A DNA stretch of 64,000 bases, from positions 4,096,001 to 4,160,000 of the forward strand of contig CAXXLZ010000002.1 of the NCBI GenBank assembly GCA_963675595.2. The letters are read 5' to 3'. A program made the position numbers and the translations under genes. Shown here piece by piece: positions 29,709 to 40,314 of the stretch; positions within the stretch are counted from its first letter, which is position 1, and every line of letters starts with the position of its first letter. This DNA is from Thermodesulfobacteriota bacterium (GTDB lineage Bacteria > Desulfobacterota > Desulfarculia > JACQYL01). A model generated the notes under the pieces. That model had not been told where the DNA came from and made no database searches. It worked only from the letters and a program-made list of their open reading frames with translations.

Positions 29709-32700
29709 ATGCCCGACCGTATTTCGTCATCCGCCGGCGGCGGACCGAAGCTTAAGTTGCATCATAAGCTGGCGATCATCTTCTGTCTGTTTGCCGTGCT
29801 CATTTCCGGACTGACCACCTATTTCTTGTATCGCACTGCGCTTAAACAGGTCATGGAGGACATTCGCCACAGACTGCACGATATCGTGGCCATTGCACCC
29901 GCCGCCATCGACGCGGAATTGCTCGCCGGTCTGACGGAGCCGGGGCAGGAAGGATCGTCCGAATATCTGGCCGTGCGGAAAGTGTTGCAGACCATCCGGG
30001 ATTCTTCGACGGACATCCATTTCATTTACACCATGCGTTCGGGCCCCGACGGAGAAATTCTGTTCGTAGTCGATGCGGAAACCAATCCGGACGAGATCGC
30101 TCATCTGGGGGAGGAATACACGGAAGCCGGCGATGCGCTGCGAGCTAATTTCGCCCATTTGGACCGGCCGCTGGTTGAAAAGGACGTCTACGTCGACAAT
30201 TGGGGCACCTGGCTGTCCGGTTATGCGCCCATTACGGCTTCCGACGGAAGCCGGGTCGGCGTGTTGGGCGTGGATATCGCGGCGGACACAATTACGGCTT
30301 ACAGACGCCGTCTGTTGGGTCTGGCGTTGGGAGTTTTTGCTTTGACCCTGCCCCTGACCCTGATTCTCGGCTATGTTATCGGCCTTCGTTTGGCTCGGCC
30401 CATCGTGACGATTCAGCAGGGTGCCGAGCGGATCGGCCGAGGCGACCTGGATGCCGCCATCGACATCGAACGTAGTGATGAAATCGGGGCTTTGGCGACT
30501 TCGTTCAATGAAATGGCGCGAAACCTTAAGGAGAGCAGAGCCGACCTGAACGCCATGATGGAAGATTATCGGGACTTGTTCGACAACGCGGTGGAAGGCA
30601 TCTACCGGAGCACGTTCCAGGGACGTTTCACCGCGGCCAATCAGGCCCTGATCCGAATGTTGGGTTATGATTCTCTCGATGATCTGACCGCCCATGTGAC
30701 CGACATCGGAACGCAGATCTACGACCGGACCGAGGATCGGGAAGCGTTCAAGGAACGGCTCGGTAGAGACGGCCGGGTTGAAAATTTGGAAGTCCGTCTG
30801 AAACGGAAAGACGGAAGCGTATTCCGGGTCGACTTGACCGCTCAGGTGGTGCGGCGGGGTCAGGAACCGCCGTTCATCGAAGGCATGGTTTTGGACATCA
30901 CCCAGCGTTTGGAGAAAGACCGGGCCGAAAGGGAGCGGCGGGCGGCCGAGGCGGCGTCCAAAGCCAAGAGCGAGTTCCTGGCGAATATGAGTCACGAAAT
31001 CCGAACTCCTTTGGGCGCGGTTATGGGGCTGACCGATCTGGTCATGAAAACCGATCTGGACGAAAAACAATTTCAGTATTTGGGTAAGATCAAGTCCTCG
31101 TCCCGCACGCTGTTGGCGGTCATCAACGACATTCTGGACATCTCCAAAATCGAGTCGGGTCACATGGAACTGGAGGAAACCCCGTTTTCTCTGTATGAAG
31201 TCATAGCCAACCTGACGGAAATGTTTGCCTACAAGGCTCACGAAAAGGATATTGAATTCATGGCGGCCATTGATCCCGCCGTGCCTGCCGATTTGATCGG
31301 CGACCCCACACGATTGGGGCAGGTCCTGATCAACCTGACCGGCAACGCGATGAAATTCACGGAGCAAGGCGAGATTCTGGTTTCGGTTTCGTTGGAGCGT
31401 CCTTTGTCGGAAGCGGCCGACGATCCGGTTTGCCTTCGTTTTTCGGTCAAGGACACCGGTGCGGGCATCCCGCCGGACCGGTTGGAGCATATTTTCGAGA
31501 GCTTTGCGCAGGCCGACAGTTCCATCACCCGCCGGCACGGGGGCACCGGCCTGGGTCTGACCATCTGCCGCGAACTGACTCGGCTCATGGGAGGCGACAT
31601 TCGAGTCGAAAGCGAACCGGGCCGCGGCAGCGAATTTTCGTTTACGGCCGAGTTTCAGCGCCGGTGGCCGGAACAACGAAGCGACGGGGCACCTCCCTTG
31701 GACCTCCGGGGTCTGCGTGTTCTGGTCGTGGACGACAACAGCACCAGCCGGGAGATTTTGAGCAGCTTCCTTACCTCGTTTCACATGGATGCGGTAGCGG
31801 TGGGGTCCGGCAAGGAAGCCGTCGATCTCATCGAAAAGGAGGGACGGGAGTTCGACCTGATCCTCATGGATTGGAAAATGCCGGGCATGAACGGCCTGGA
31901 AGCCGCCGGAATCATCAAACGCAAGTTCAGCCGCGATCGGCTGCCCATTGTGTGCATGGTGTCGGCCTATGGTCGCAAAGACCTGCTGTCCACTGCGGAA
32001 CAATCGCTTCTGGACGCCTTTTTGTACAAACCGGTCAATCAGTCGCTGTTGTTCGACACCATTGTGGAGCTGTTCGGGCGTAAGGATCGAACCGCCGGAA
32101 GGCCCGCTCCAACCGCTCAAGTCCCGTCGGAGGACCTCTCCGATCTGCCGGCCGGAAAGAAGATTCTGTTGGTGGAAGACAATCCCATCAACCAGGAAAT
32201 TGTCCGGGAATGGCTGGAAAGCGCCGGGGTAGCCGTCGAAATTTCCAACAACGGCGCCGAAGCGGTCGAGCGTCTAAGCCGAGAGGGCTTCGACGCGGTG
32301 CTCATGGACGTGCAGATGCCGGTGATGGACGGGTTGGCCGCCACGGAGCACATCCGTAACAAACTGGGCCTGAGCGAGTTACCCATTATCGCCATGACCG
32401 CTCACGCCCTGGCGGGAGACCGGGAAACCTGTCTGGCGGCCGGGATGAACGATTATGTCACCAAGCCCATCGATCCGTCGGCTTTCTTTGCGGCCCTGTC
32501 TCGCCAACTGGCCGGCGTTGAATACCATTCCGACGTTGAGGCGCAGGCTGAACCTGGTCCGGCTCCGCCTGAACTGCCCGGCATCGATACCCGCACCGGC
32601 CTCCTACGAGCCAACAACAACCTGCGGCTGTATCTGAAGTTGCTGAGGTCCTTTGCCGCGGATTACGGATCGGCTCTTGATCGCATGACAGCCGACCTGG

Positions 32701-33179
32701 AAGCGGGCCGGACGGAGGCCGTAATTCGCGAAGCCCATTCGCTCAAGGGAATCGGGGGCAATATCGGAGCCGTGGAGCTTCAGGAAAAAGCCGCGCGGGT
32801 CGAACAGGTCCTAACCGCGGGTGAATTGGACCTTGAGTCCGCCGACTGGACCGAATTCGCCGGAGCGCTGCAACAGGTGTTGCACGGGCTGGCGGAAGCC
32901 GATCTGACCGACCCGACCGATGGTGTCGGGGCACCCGTCGGCGACCCCGGACCGGACCCGTCCCAATGGCCGGATCAGTTGAAAAGACTGGCGGCATTAC
33001 TGGATGAAGACCTGGAACAGGCTCGCAGCCTGATGGAATCACTGCGGCCCGGCCTCTCCGAGTCGTCCGCCGCCGAACTTTTTCTTGAATTAACCGAGAA
33101 AATGGATAATTTCGAGCTGGACGAGGCCGCTGAAATATTGGAAAGTCTGATCGCCTTCGAGCCTTGGAAGAAGGGATGA
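29709..33179 (+). CDS. Unorthodox hybrid histidine kinase (sensor-HAMP-PAS-HK-REC-REC-Hpt)
   Basis: FLANMSHEIRTPL, two receiver domains and Hpt motif AHSLKGIGGNIGA. Confidence 0.93.
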   Translation: MPDRISSSAGGGPKLKLHHKLAIIFCLFAVLISGLTTYFLYRTALKQVMEDIRHRLHDIVAIAPAAIDAELLAGLTEPGQEGSSEYLAVRKVLQTIRDSSTDIHFIYTMRSGPDGEILFVVDAETNPDEIAHLGEEYTEAGDALRANFAHLDRPLVEKDVYVDNWGTWLSGYAPITASDGSRVGVLGVDIAADTITAYRRRLLGLALGVFALTLPLTLILGYVIGLRLARPIVTIQQGAERIGRGDLDAAIDIERSDEIGALATSFNEMARNLKESRADLNAMMEDYRDLFDNAVEGIYRSTFQGRFTAANQALIRMLGYDSLDDLTAHVTDIGTQIYDRTEDREAFKERLGRDGRVENLEVRLKRKDGSVFRVDLTAQVVRRGQEPPFIEGMVLDITQRLEKDRAERERRAAEAASKAKSEFLANMSHEIRTPLGAVMGLTDLVMKTDLDEKQFQYLGKIKSSSRTLLAVINDILDISKIESGHMELEETPFSLYEVIANLTEMFAYKAHEKDIEFMAAIDPAVPADLIGDPTRLGQVLINLTGNAMKFTEQGEILVSVSLERPLSEAADDPVCLRFSVKDTGAGIPPDRLEHIFESFAQADSSITRRHGGTGLGLTICRELTRLMGGDIRVESEPGRGSEFSFTAEFQRRWPEQRSDGAPPLDLRGLRVLVVDDNSTSREILSSFLTSFHMDAVAVGSGKEAVDLIEKEGREFDLILMDWKMPGMNGLEAAGIIKRKFSRDRLPIVCMVSAYGRKDLLSTAEQSLLDAFLYKPVNQSLLFDTIVELFGRKDRTAGRPAPTAQVPSEDLSDLPAGKKILLVEDNPINQEIVREWLESAGVAVEISNNGAEAVERLSREGFDAVLMDVQMPVMDGLAATEHIRNKLGLSELPIIAMTAHALAGDRETCLAAGMNDYVTKPIDPSAFFAALSRQLAGVEYHSDVEAQAEPGPAPPELPGIDTRTGLLRANNNLRLYLKLLRSFAADYGSALDRMTADLEAGRTEAVIREAHSLKGIGGNIGAVELQEKAARVEQVLTAGELDLESADWTEFAGALQQVLHGLAEADLTDPTDGVGAPVGDPGPDPSQWPDQLKRLAALLDEDLEQARSLMESLRPGLSESSAAELFLELTEKMDNFELDEAAEILESLIAFEPWKKG

Positions 33180-33183
33180 TCCC

Positions 33184-34101
33184 ATGTCGGAAACCGACAA
33201 CAGAAGAAAAATTCTCATCGTCGACGACAACAAACAAAACATCGAAATGCTGATGGACCTGTTCAAGGCCGAATACCGGGTCGCTGCGGCTCTCAACGGC
33301 GAACGGGCCTTGAAAATAGCGGCTTCCGATTCGCCTCCGGACATCATCCTGTTGGACATCCTCATGCCCGGAATGGACGGGTATGGAGTTTGTCGTTTGT
33401 TGAAGAGCGACGAACAAACCATGAATATTCCGGTGATTTTCGTCACGGCCGTGTCCGAGGTCATGGACTCGACACGAGGGTTTGAGACCGGAGCCATAGA
33501 CTACATCACCAAACCGTTTCATCCTCCCACGGTCCAGGCGCGGGTGAGGCTCCACCTGGAGTTGAAACACAAGCAGGAGCTGTTGGAGGAATACGCTTTT
33601 GTCGATTCCCTGACGGAACTGCCCAACCGACGCAGCTTTGATCAGCAGGCCGAAAAAGAATGGAAGCGTGCCCAGCGGTCGGGTCACCCTTTGTCCGTGA
33701 TGTTGCTGGATATCGACCATTTCAAGGAATACAACGACACATACGGGCACGGCCAGGGAGATGAATGCCTTCGCCGGGTGGCCCGATCGATTCAACGTTG
33801 CTTAAGGCGGGCCGGAGATTTCGCGGCCCGGTACGGCGGGGACGAATTCGCGGCGTTGCTGCCGTACACCAAAGAGGAGGAGTGCAAGGACCTTGCCTGG
33901 ACCATTCTTCGCGACCTGGCCGGGCAAGGCATTCCCCACGCCAATTCGTGCGTGGGTGACTGCGTGACCGTGAGTTGCGGAGTGACCACGGCCACGCCCG
34001 ACAGCGGGGCTACCGTCGACCGGATTCTACGGGCGGCGGATCGGGCCTTGTACGCCGCCAAACAAGGCGGTCGAAACACCGTGGCGGAATCCCCGCTTTG
34101 A
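33184..34101 (+). CDS. Response regulator diguanylate cyclase (REC-GGDEF)
   Basis: REC, DIDHFKEYNDTYGHGQGD, RAGD I-site and GGDEF. Confidence 0.93.
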   Translation: MSETDNRRKILIVDDNKQNIEMLMDLFKAEYRVAAALNGERALKIAASDSPPDIILLDILMPGMDGYGVCRLLKSDEQTMNIPVIFVTAVSEVMDSTRGFETGAIDYITKPFHPPTVQARVRLHLELKHKQELLEEYAFVDSLTELPNRRSFDQQAEKEWKRAQRSGHPLSVMLLDIDHFKEYNDTYGHGQGDECLRRVARSIQRCLRRAGDFAARYGGDEFAALLPYTKEEECKDLAWTILRDLAGQGIPHANSCVGDCVTVSCGVTTATPDSGATVDRILRAADRALYAAKQGGRNTVAESPL

Positions 34102-34694
34102 TCCCGCAGGTGGGGAACGTACGCCCTGCATCTCATCAACTTTCAGCAGCCTGCGGTCTCCGACTTTTTCAATAAACGGATAGATGGAGCACCGGGTGGA
34201 TGCGGCGAAAGAGAATAAATGAGAGGCGGGCGGCACGATCCGACCGACCCATTTGGATTCCGAAACGATGCGAAGCCTTCCGAATTGCCGGAAGGTTTTT
34301 TTTGTGCCTGGCTTTGGGGAAGCGGACTCGACGGTTTTCTTTCATGCAGGCATGTTTCCCCATGAAAGGGGAAAATGACGGGAATTACTTATGGACAAAC
34401 TCGCCGGTTTCGGGGATATTTGGTCGGAATTCGCCAAGGGCGCCATCAAACGGGTTCGTCCTATGGCATGGAAGCTAATGGTACCGTCGTCTGAACCGAC
34501 TCGTCCCGTCGGCTTCCGTCAGGGGAGTACGTTCGGCAAAGTTTCGTCGGTTCGGTCCCTGCAAAATCAACCGGCGCTGTCCCATTCTGTAACGGGTGAC
34601 AAATACGAAGTATCCATCCGTGTTGCGCATACACGGATTTCGGCGACCACAACGGAGAGGTTTGTGATGAATCGAGTCAAATCGGCGGCTTCCG

Positions 34695-35030
34695 ATGTTC
34701 GGTATTAGTATCACGCCTTGGGATATCGCTACGTTTGTCGCCGCAGTCCTTGTCACCATCTATGTGATCGCGGCCGAGAATCCATAGCCCCCGTCGGACC
34801 GCAACCATGAGGGCATCAGGCTGTGTCGGGTGGGTCTGGCGCTGGCGTTCTGGTCCATCGGTTTCGGACTCCTCGGATTCGTTTTCGCCCTGGTGGCGTT
34901 CATTCTTGGGATTTTGGGCATCGTGAAGGACAGGACGGATTATGGAATCGTCGTTATTGTCCTTTCGGTCCTTTTTCCCGCGATTGGCTTGATGGCGGCC
35001 GTAGTATCCATATTCGGTCGGAAATACTGA
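34695..35030 (+). pseudogene. Small membrane protein with one in-frame TAG
   Basis: MFGISITPWDIATFVAAVLVTIYVIAAENP*PPSDRNHEGIRLCRVGLALAFW... The TAG is at 34785-34787, with hydrophobic segments on both sides in the same frame. Confidence 0.55.
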
Positions 35031-35587
35031 TGGTCTTCCATGGGTTGGGAAGGCCTTCATTTGGGAGGGCGCTTCGCCTCCGAACCCGAAACCGGGTCGT
35101 AAGTTCCAGGCGGATTCAGATCGTTCTCGATCAGCTGCCGGCATGGAGGAAACCCGATTTCTTCATGAGAGCCCACCTCCCCAGTCGACCTCAGCTTGCT
35201 GCAGAAAAACGCGATCCGCCGCGTGGCCCTTCATCCTTCGCCCCTCCGACGCACTCTATGTCCATCTTCCCTCCAACCCGCAATCATCCGACTGTTTCAA
35301 CGGAATGTTGGAACGCCCGAGTCGGCTTCGTCCCGCCGGCGACGGTGTGAACAAATACGGCGAAAAAGAGACGCGCTCCACCCCAAAGCAAGAAAAGACA
35401 AGAAAACAGCAAGAACGGTCAAGCATGCTTCCATGATTTCTAGTAATGAAACGAACGGGTGTTGCGTAAAAAGGAGGAACGGTTTCTTGCGCGCAATCCG
35501 TCGTTTTCTCTGCCGGCGTGCTCTCACTTCGATGTGATGTTTGCCTGCTCCCTCGACATGCATAACACCCGATGTCCTGATTCATAA

Positions 35588-35668
35588 GCCTGATAAAGCC
35601 AAACCCGCTGTAAGGCGGGGACGGAAAGCCACGCGTCCATCCGGGGGTGGATAGCCGGGTTGCCGGGC
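35588..35668 (+). ncRNA. c-di-GMP-I (GEMM-I) riboswitch
   Basis: GCCAAACCCGCT-GTAA-GGCGGGGACGGAAAGCCACG...GATAGCCGGGTTGCCG fits the GEMM-I consensus. Confidence 0.9.
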
Positions 35669-35754
35669 GAAGGTCCTGCTCCCTTGATTCGGGAGCGACG
35701 GACCGCCTTGCGGTTAACCTCCGGAGAAGGGACCTGATCCGTAGCAACCGGCGG

Positions 35755-35885
35755 CGGGTTGTCGAAAACGCGCTCTGCGGCGTTGTTTTTCGTTCCTCGG
35801 CATTGCGCGTACTCCATGTGCGTCTCATTCCTCGGGATTTGCATGCTTTGCATCCCATCGTTTTTAAGCAGCCCGGGGCAACCGG
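35755..35885. repeat. REP/MITE family A copy inside riboswitch leader
   Basis: gtcgaaaacgcgctctgcggcgttg...atcgtttttaagcagcccggggcaaccgg. Confidence 0.75.
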
Positions 35886-36011
35886 CCTTGCCCGAGCGGC
35901 CGATAGGAAAGAACCACGATCGTCCCTCGGATTTCTTAGATAGAACCTTCTTGCTTTCACATGCGGCGTTTATCGGCTTTTGTTGGTGAATTAGAGAAAA
36001 CGGAGATACTT

Positions 36012-36605
36012 ATGACCTTGTTGAGGTGTTCTTCATTGGTGGTCCTCGTTGCGGCGTTTTTTCTGTTGTTGTCTCCCAATGCGGGCGCGAGTTTGGTAAC
36101 CTACCAATTCAGCGGGACCGTGACCGTGTTCGACAACCAGGGCATGCTGGGGGATATTCCGGATGTATTGGATTGCTCAGGCAGCTTCGTTCTTGAGACG
36201 GACGGCGACAGCCCTTATGCCGTCACGGATGTCTTCGTGCAAATAGGAGGTGACTATACGTTTTCTAGTGTAGGCGACATTGCTCATTGGACCCAACGGG
36301 ACGAAGACGCAGTGGTGGGCGGCAAAGGCTTTTCAAGCTCCCTGGAGACCATCCTGGGCCTCCCCTATCGATACGGAGTCTACCTGTTTCTTTACGGAGC
36401 GTCTCCGGGTGACAACAGCGCCTATACCAGTGGACGGATCGAGGTGCGCGCACAGCAGGCAGGCCCCGATTCCTGGCCGTTCTCATTCAACGGCGATTTG
36501 GATGAATTCGTGATACAGGGGGCACCGGTCCCGATCCCGGGCGCCGCCTGGCTTCTTTTCTCCGGCCTGACCGGCCTCGTGGCCCTGCGCAGGCGTAGAC
36601 GTTGA
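36012..36605 (+). CDS. PEP-CTERM/VPLPA-CTERM exosortase-sorted protein
   Basis: Signal peptide and tail APVPIPGAAWLLFSGLTGLVALRRRRR. Confidence 0.88.
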   Translation: MTLLRCSSLVVLVAAFFLLLSPNAGASLVTYQFSGTVTVFDNQGMLGDIPDVLDCSGSFVLETDGDSPYAVTDVFVQIGGDYTFSSVGDIAHWTQRDEDAVVGGKGFSSSLETILGLPYRYGVYLFLYGASPGDNSAYTSGRIEVRAQQAGPDSWPFSFNGDLDEFVIQGAPVPIPGAAWLLFSGLTGLVALRRRRR

Positions 36606-36708
36606 ATTTCCCATTCATTTTCATAGGGTCCCCGGGGGAGGACCCAGGTTCCCCCGGACTCTCTCATGCGGGCTCCGTCCCGAAAAGACCATCGGAAAAC
36701 GCGATCTG

Positions 36709-36888
36709 TGTCAAAAGGGCGACATGGAATGCAAGTATTGGCTGGACCGGCAACGTTTTGATCTCGAAGAGGCTTTCGCGTACAATCTTTCGCCGAAGGA
36801 AACCGGACGGATCGGGAAAATCATTTATGACCATTTTGAGTATATAGAAGAACAATGGGATGAATTCCAGAGAAGGCGGATAAAATGA
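36709..36888 (+). pseudogene. DUF4160-family toxin-like gene, 5'-truncated
   Basis: CQKGDMECKYWLD...IIYDHFEYIEEQWDEF. Stop overlaps the next ATG. The N-terminus is replaced by a REP-A fragment. Confidence 0.7.
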
Positions 36889-37140
36889 CGCAACACCATT
36901 CCATTGAGAACATAACGTTTGAAAATGATAAGATGATTCTCACCATAGATGGGACAAAGAGGACGTTTTCATTGAAAGACATTTCACCTCTGCTTGAGAA
37001 TGCCTCGGAAAGAGAACGAATGACGCTCGAAATATCTCCTTCGGGCTATGGAATTCATTGGCCCTGTTGGATGAAGACTTGTCCATAGACGGTCTCCTCG
37101 GCATTGCTCATTCCCCTTCGCAACAACGAAGAACCGCACG
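36885..37140 (+). pseudogene. DUF2442-family protein, frameshifted
   Basis: SPLLENASERER...GYGIHWP continues as LLDEDLSIDGLLG in another frame (one base missing at 37062-37064). Confidence 0.8.
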
Positions 37141-37216
37141 AAGAGAGAGCCGGTTACCCCGCGATAGGACAACGGAATACCACGCGCCTTTACACTCGTA
37201 CGTTCGGCAATAGACC

Positions 37217-37726
37217 ATGAAAGAACACAAGGCCGTGATTCGGCCGTTCAAGACGACCGATCTGCACGCTCTTCACCGGATGATTTGTGCGACCATTGAT
37301 GCCTCCTATTCGGAAGTATATCCGCCTCGTGCGGTTCGTTTTTTCAAAGAGTACCATTCGGAGAAGCGAATTACCGAGCGAAGTACCAGTGGGGAACTGC
37401 TGGTGCTCTTATCCGAACAAGACGGTTCCATTTTGGCCACCGGCTCTTTGATCGGCTGTGAGATCACCGGTGTTTTCGTGCATCCCGATCACCGGAAGCA
37501 AGGCTTAGGAAGGGCCGTCATGGCCGAGCTTGAAAAAAGAGCGGGAGCAAAAGGGGTATCGGAAGTCCGACTGAGTGTTTCCTTGCCCTCGAGGATGTTC
37601 TATGAACGTCTCGGTTATGAAGTTCTTGACCAGTGCGCCCTTGACGTGGGCGAGGGGGAATTGTTGAAGTATTGGCCGGGGAAAAAGGCTTTGCGGCCGC
37701 AACAACGCACGACGGACGAAGTGTGA
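37217..37726 (+). CDS. GNAT-family N-acetyltransferase
   Basis: VFVHPDHRKQGLGRAVM and FYERLGY. Confidence 0.9.
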   Translation: MKEHKAVIRPFKTTDLHALHRMICATIDASYSEVYPPRAVRFFKEYHSEKRITERSTSGELLVLLSEQDGSILATGSLIGCEITGVFVHPDHRKQGLGRAVMAELEKRAGAKGVSEVRLSVSLPSRMFYERLGYEVLDQCALDVGEGELLKYWPGKKALRPQQRTTDEV

Positions 37727-38425
37727 ATGCGATAGCCGTGAAAGCCGTGAAAACGGCACGAGACACCGTGGAACCGGACGGATCGCTGGGGTATTCTGTG
37801 GCGGCCTCTCGGTCTTCCCCGTCACATCCGGAGTGCCTTCGATGTATGCGGAAACAGACTCCGGTCGGCGGCGGAACAACACGGCGCGGATCGCAGGCGG
37901 ATCCGCGGGAGACCAACATGGAGGAGAAAAAGGGGGTGATACGGCGCATTCTCTGCCTCCTTCAGTACTCCGAGGGGGCGTCTTTACCATCGGACCGGAA
38001 ACCGGGGGCGAGACCGGAGGGATGTCGCCCGGCAGCGTCTACCTTTGCGTGTTCGTCCCGATGTTGAAACCCCGAACCACGCCGATTCTGAAATTGCCAC
38101 TGTCAATTGCCTCTTGACGACCGGCACTTAACTTCGTAAGTATCGCTGATACCCAATGGGCGCCTTCCAACGCGCCCCCCGGGACCCCCACCAAAATCGC
38201 GGAATATGGCCGCCCGGCCGTCGATCGTTTGCCTTAGGTAATCTCGGCTGTTCCGGATCGCCGCATCCCGACGTGACGACAGGTCCGACACGCGTGTCGC
38301 CCGCCCCGCCGGACTCACTCGAACACGTCATCAAGCGGCATATCGTCGTTTTGGATATTGGTACGTAGCATCCTTCAGCTGTGGAGCCGGTGTCTCATAA
38401 CCTCATAAAGAAAGGTTCTGTGCTC

Positions 38426-39715
38426 ATGTTGTATTCCGGAACTAAGTGGAGGAGGCTTGGTCTGTGTATCGTGTTCATGCTGGGAATCTTGTGCGCCGAG
38501 GCGTACGCGTTCGTCGGGACGGAACCCTCGGAAACCGTTCAATATCCCAACGAAAGCGTGCAACTGGTGATCGTTGCGGGGAAGACGGCCTTCCAGGCGT
38601 TCGAAGGAGAAGAGCTTGGCGATCTGATGAACGACACTCCTACGGATCCCACGGGTACCTATGGCTCCATGGGGGACGTGCCCGACGAGAGTCGGATTCG
38701 AATCATTTTCATTAGAGACGGGGTGACCCTTGACAGCCTGGATTCCGCGGATATCGAAGCACTTCACTCGCTTTCCGAAACCGGAACGTTCATCGGAATT
38801 CCGGGCAATGGACACCATATGAGGGAGGTGCTGAATATCACGGATGCGTCTGATTTCGCAGACGTGGACAATGCTCAAGACAAGATATTCTTCACGTACG
38901 GCGTGCCGGACGGCGCCCGCGACGACATCCTCATCTCCACGCAGTTCGATCCCTCCGTCGGAGAACTTCTTAACGATCTGTTCGATTGGGTCGACCGTGT
39001 CCTGGCGGCGCACGGCCTGACGGAGCAAGGCACCGACCCCTGGAATTGCACATACACCAACGAATGGAAGGGTTTCCTCTACGAGCAATCCACGTACCGC
39101 TTTTCGATCAACGTCTCCAAACTGGATTCGACCAGTACGAAGTACGATTGGTACCTGGTTCACAGCAACTACCAATCGGCGATATCGGACTTCATCTGTT
39201 CCTACAGCCAACTGGTTCATTCTTGCGGACCATACACGTATGCCATGGACCTGGAGGCCACCATCGATACTTCCAATGGAGCCAAGCTGTATGATTACAT
39301 GCCCACGGGCACCGTCACCAACACAACGGAAAGCTTCACCATCGGCGCCAGTCTTTCCGGAACCACACCGACCGGCAGTGCGAGCTTTACAAAGACCTAC
39401 ACGGCTCCCGACGTGGTCATCGCGGATCAGAGCGACTACTTTCGCGACACGGCGAAATGGGTGATCAGTCTGAGAGGTCCGAGCTACTACTGTCCCTTCC
39501 TCACGTACCCGTGCAACGCGGCCAGGAATTCCTATCAGACGGATCCCGCCTTCATTGTACAGGTTCCAAAGAACAAGCCTTTGAAGTTCACTTTGAATCC
39601 GAAGATAGGTCAACGGATGGATAATCTGTGGGCGCGTTTCATCGCGTGGGTGGAGGTCACCCCGTATAAGCTTTATTGGAGCCATCAACCCATGACCGTC
39701 AAAGTAGGTCCCTAG
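38426..39715 (+). CDS. Secreted protein with leukocidin/alpha-hemolysin-like C-terminal domain
   Basis: Signal peptide. LYDYMP..TESFTIGASLSG..GSASFTKTYTAPD resembles the beta-PFT pre-stem. Confidence 0.55.
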   Translation: MLYSGTKWRRLGLCIVFMLGILCAEAYAFVGTEPSETVQYPNESVQLVIVAGKTAFQAFEGEELGDLMNDTPTDPTGTYGSMGDVPDESRIRIIFIRDGVTLDSLDSADIEALHSLSETGTFIGIPGNGHHMREVLNITDASDFADVDNAQDKIFFTYGVPDGARDDILISTQFDPSVGELLNDLFDWVDRVLAAHGLTEQGTDPWNCTYTNEWKGFLYEQSTYRFSINVSKLDSTSTKYDWYLVHSNYQSAISDFICSYSQLVHSCGPYTYAMDLEATIDTSNGAKLYDYMPTGTVTNTTESFTIGASLSGTTPTGSASFTKTYTAPDVVIADQSDYFRDTAKWVISLRGPSYYCPFLTYPCNAARNSYQTDPAFIVQVPKNKPLKFTLNPKIGQRMDNLWARFIAWVEVTPYKLYWSHQPMTVKVGP

Positions 39716-39716
39716 A

Positions 39717-39868
39717 CAGGCCGTCGAAAAACGCGATCTGCGGCGTTGCGCTTCATCCCTCGTCACTGCGACGTACTCCATGTACGTCGCATTCCCCGGG
39801 TTTTGCGCGCCTTGCATGTCATCGTTTTTCATCAACCGCCGGCAACCGGCTTTTTTCAGCGGGTTGCC
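39717..39868. repeat. REP/MITE family A, full copy
   Basis: Near-identical to 10217-10368. Begins right after a TAG stop. Confidence 0.85.
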
Positions 39869-40314
39869 GGTGCGGACGAGGGAGAGAAAGGGCCCGGCCG
39901 CTTTTCCGGACCCTGCGGGCCGCAAGGGTCGGTCTTGATGTCCGGTGGGTCGATGGCCTTCGGGCGATTCGGGGCGGCTCCGACGTCGGAATACCGTGTA
40001 GAGCTTGAAGCGTCGGCGTCCGACCGTTGTAATCCGTGGCGCCGGGGGGGGCTTTTGCCTCAAGCGGTCCCCCCTTCAAAAGATTTCAAACAGGCTTCAC
40101 CGCCTTCGGCGGAGAGCCTGAAGTATCCAAGAATGAGGTATTTTAGAGTACTTACCGGACAGTCGCCTGAGAAAAAGAGGGGAGGACACCGGTTCCTCCG
40201 GAGACGATGTGAACAAATACAATCCATCTATTCCTGCGACCGTACTCTTCTCTACGGAAGCCACCAATAAGAAAAATACATTTCCATCCCACTGTTATGA
40301 AACGAGATAGATAA

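Noticed and set aside
29727-32120. 797-aa minus-strand ORF (likewise 27047..28357, 38375..40063, 57474..59000)
   Set aside because: Antisense shadows of well-supported genes in GC-rich DNA.
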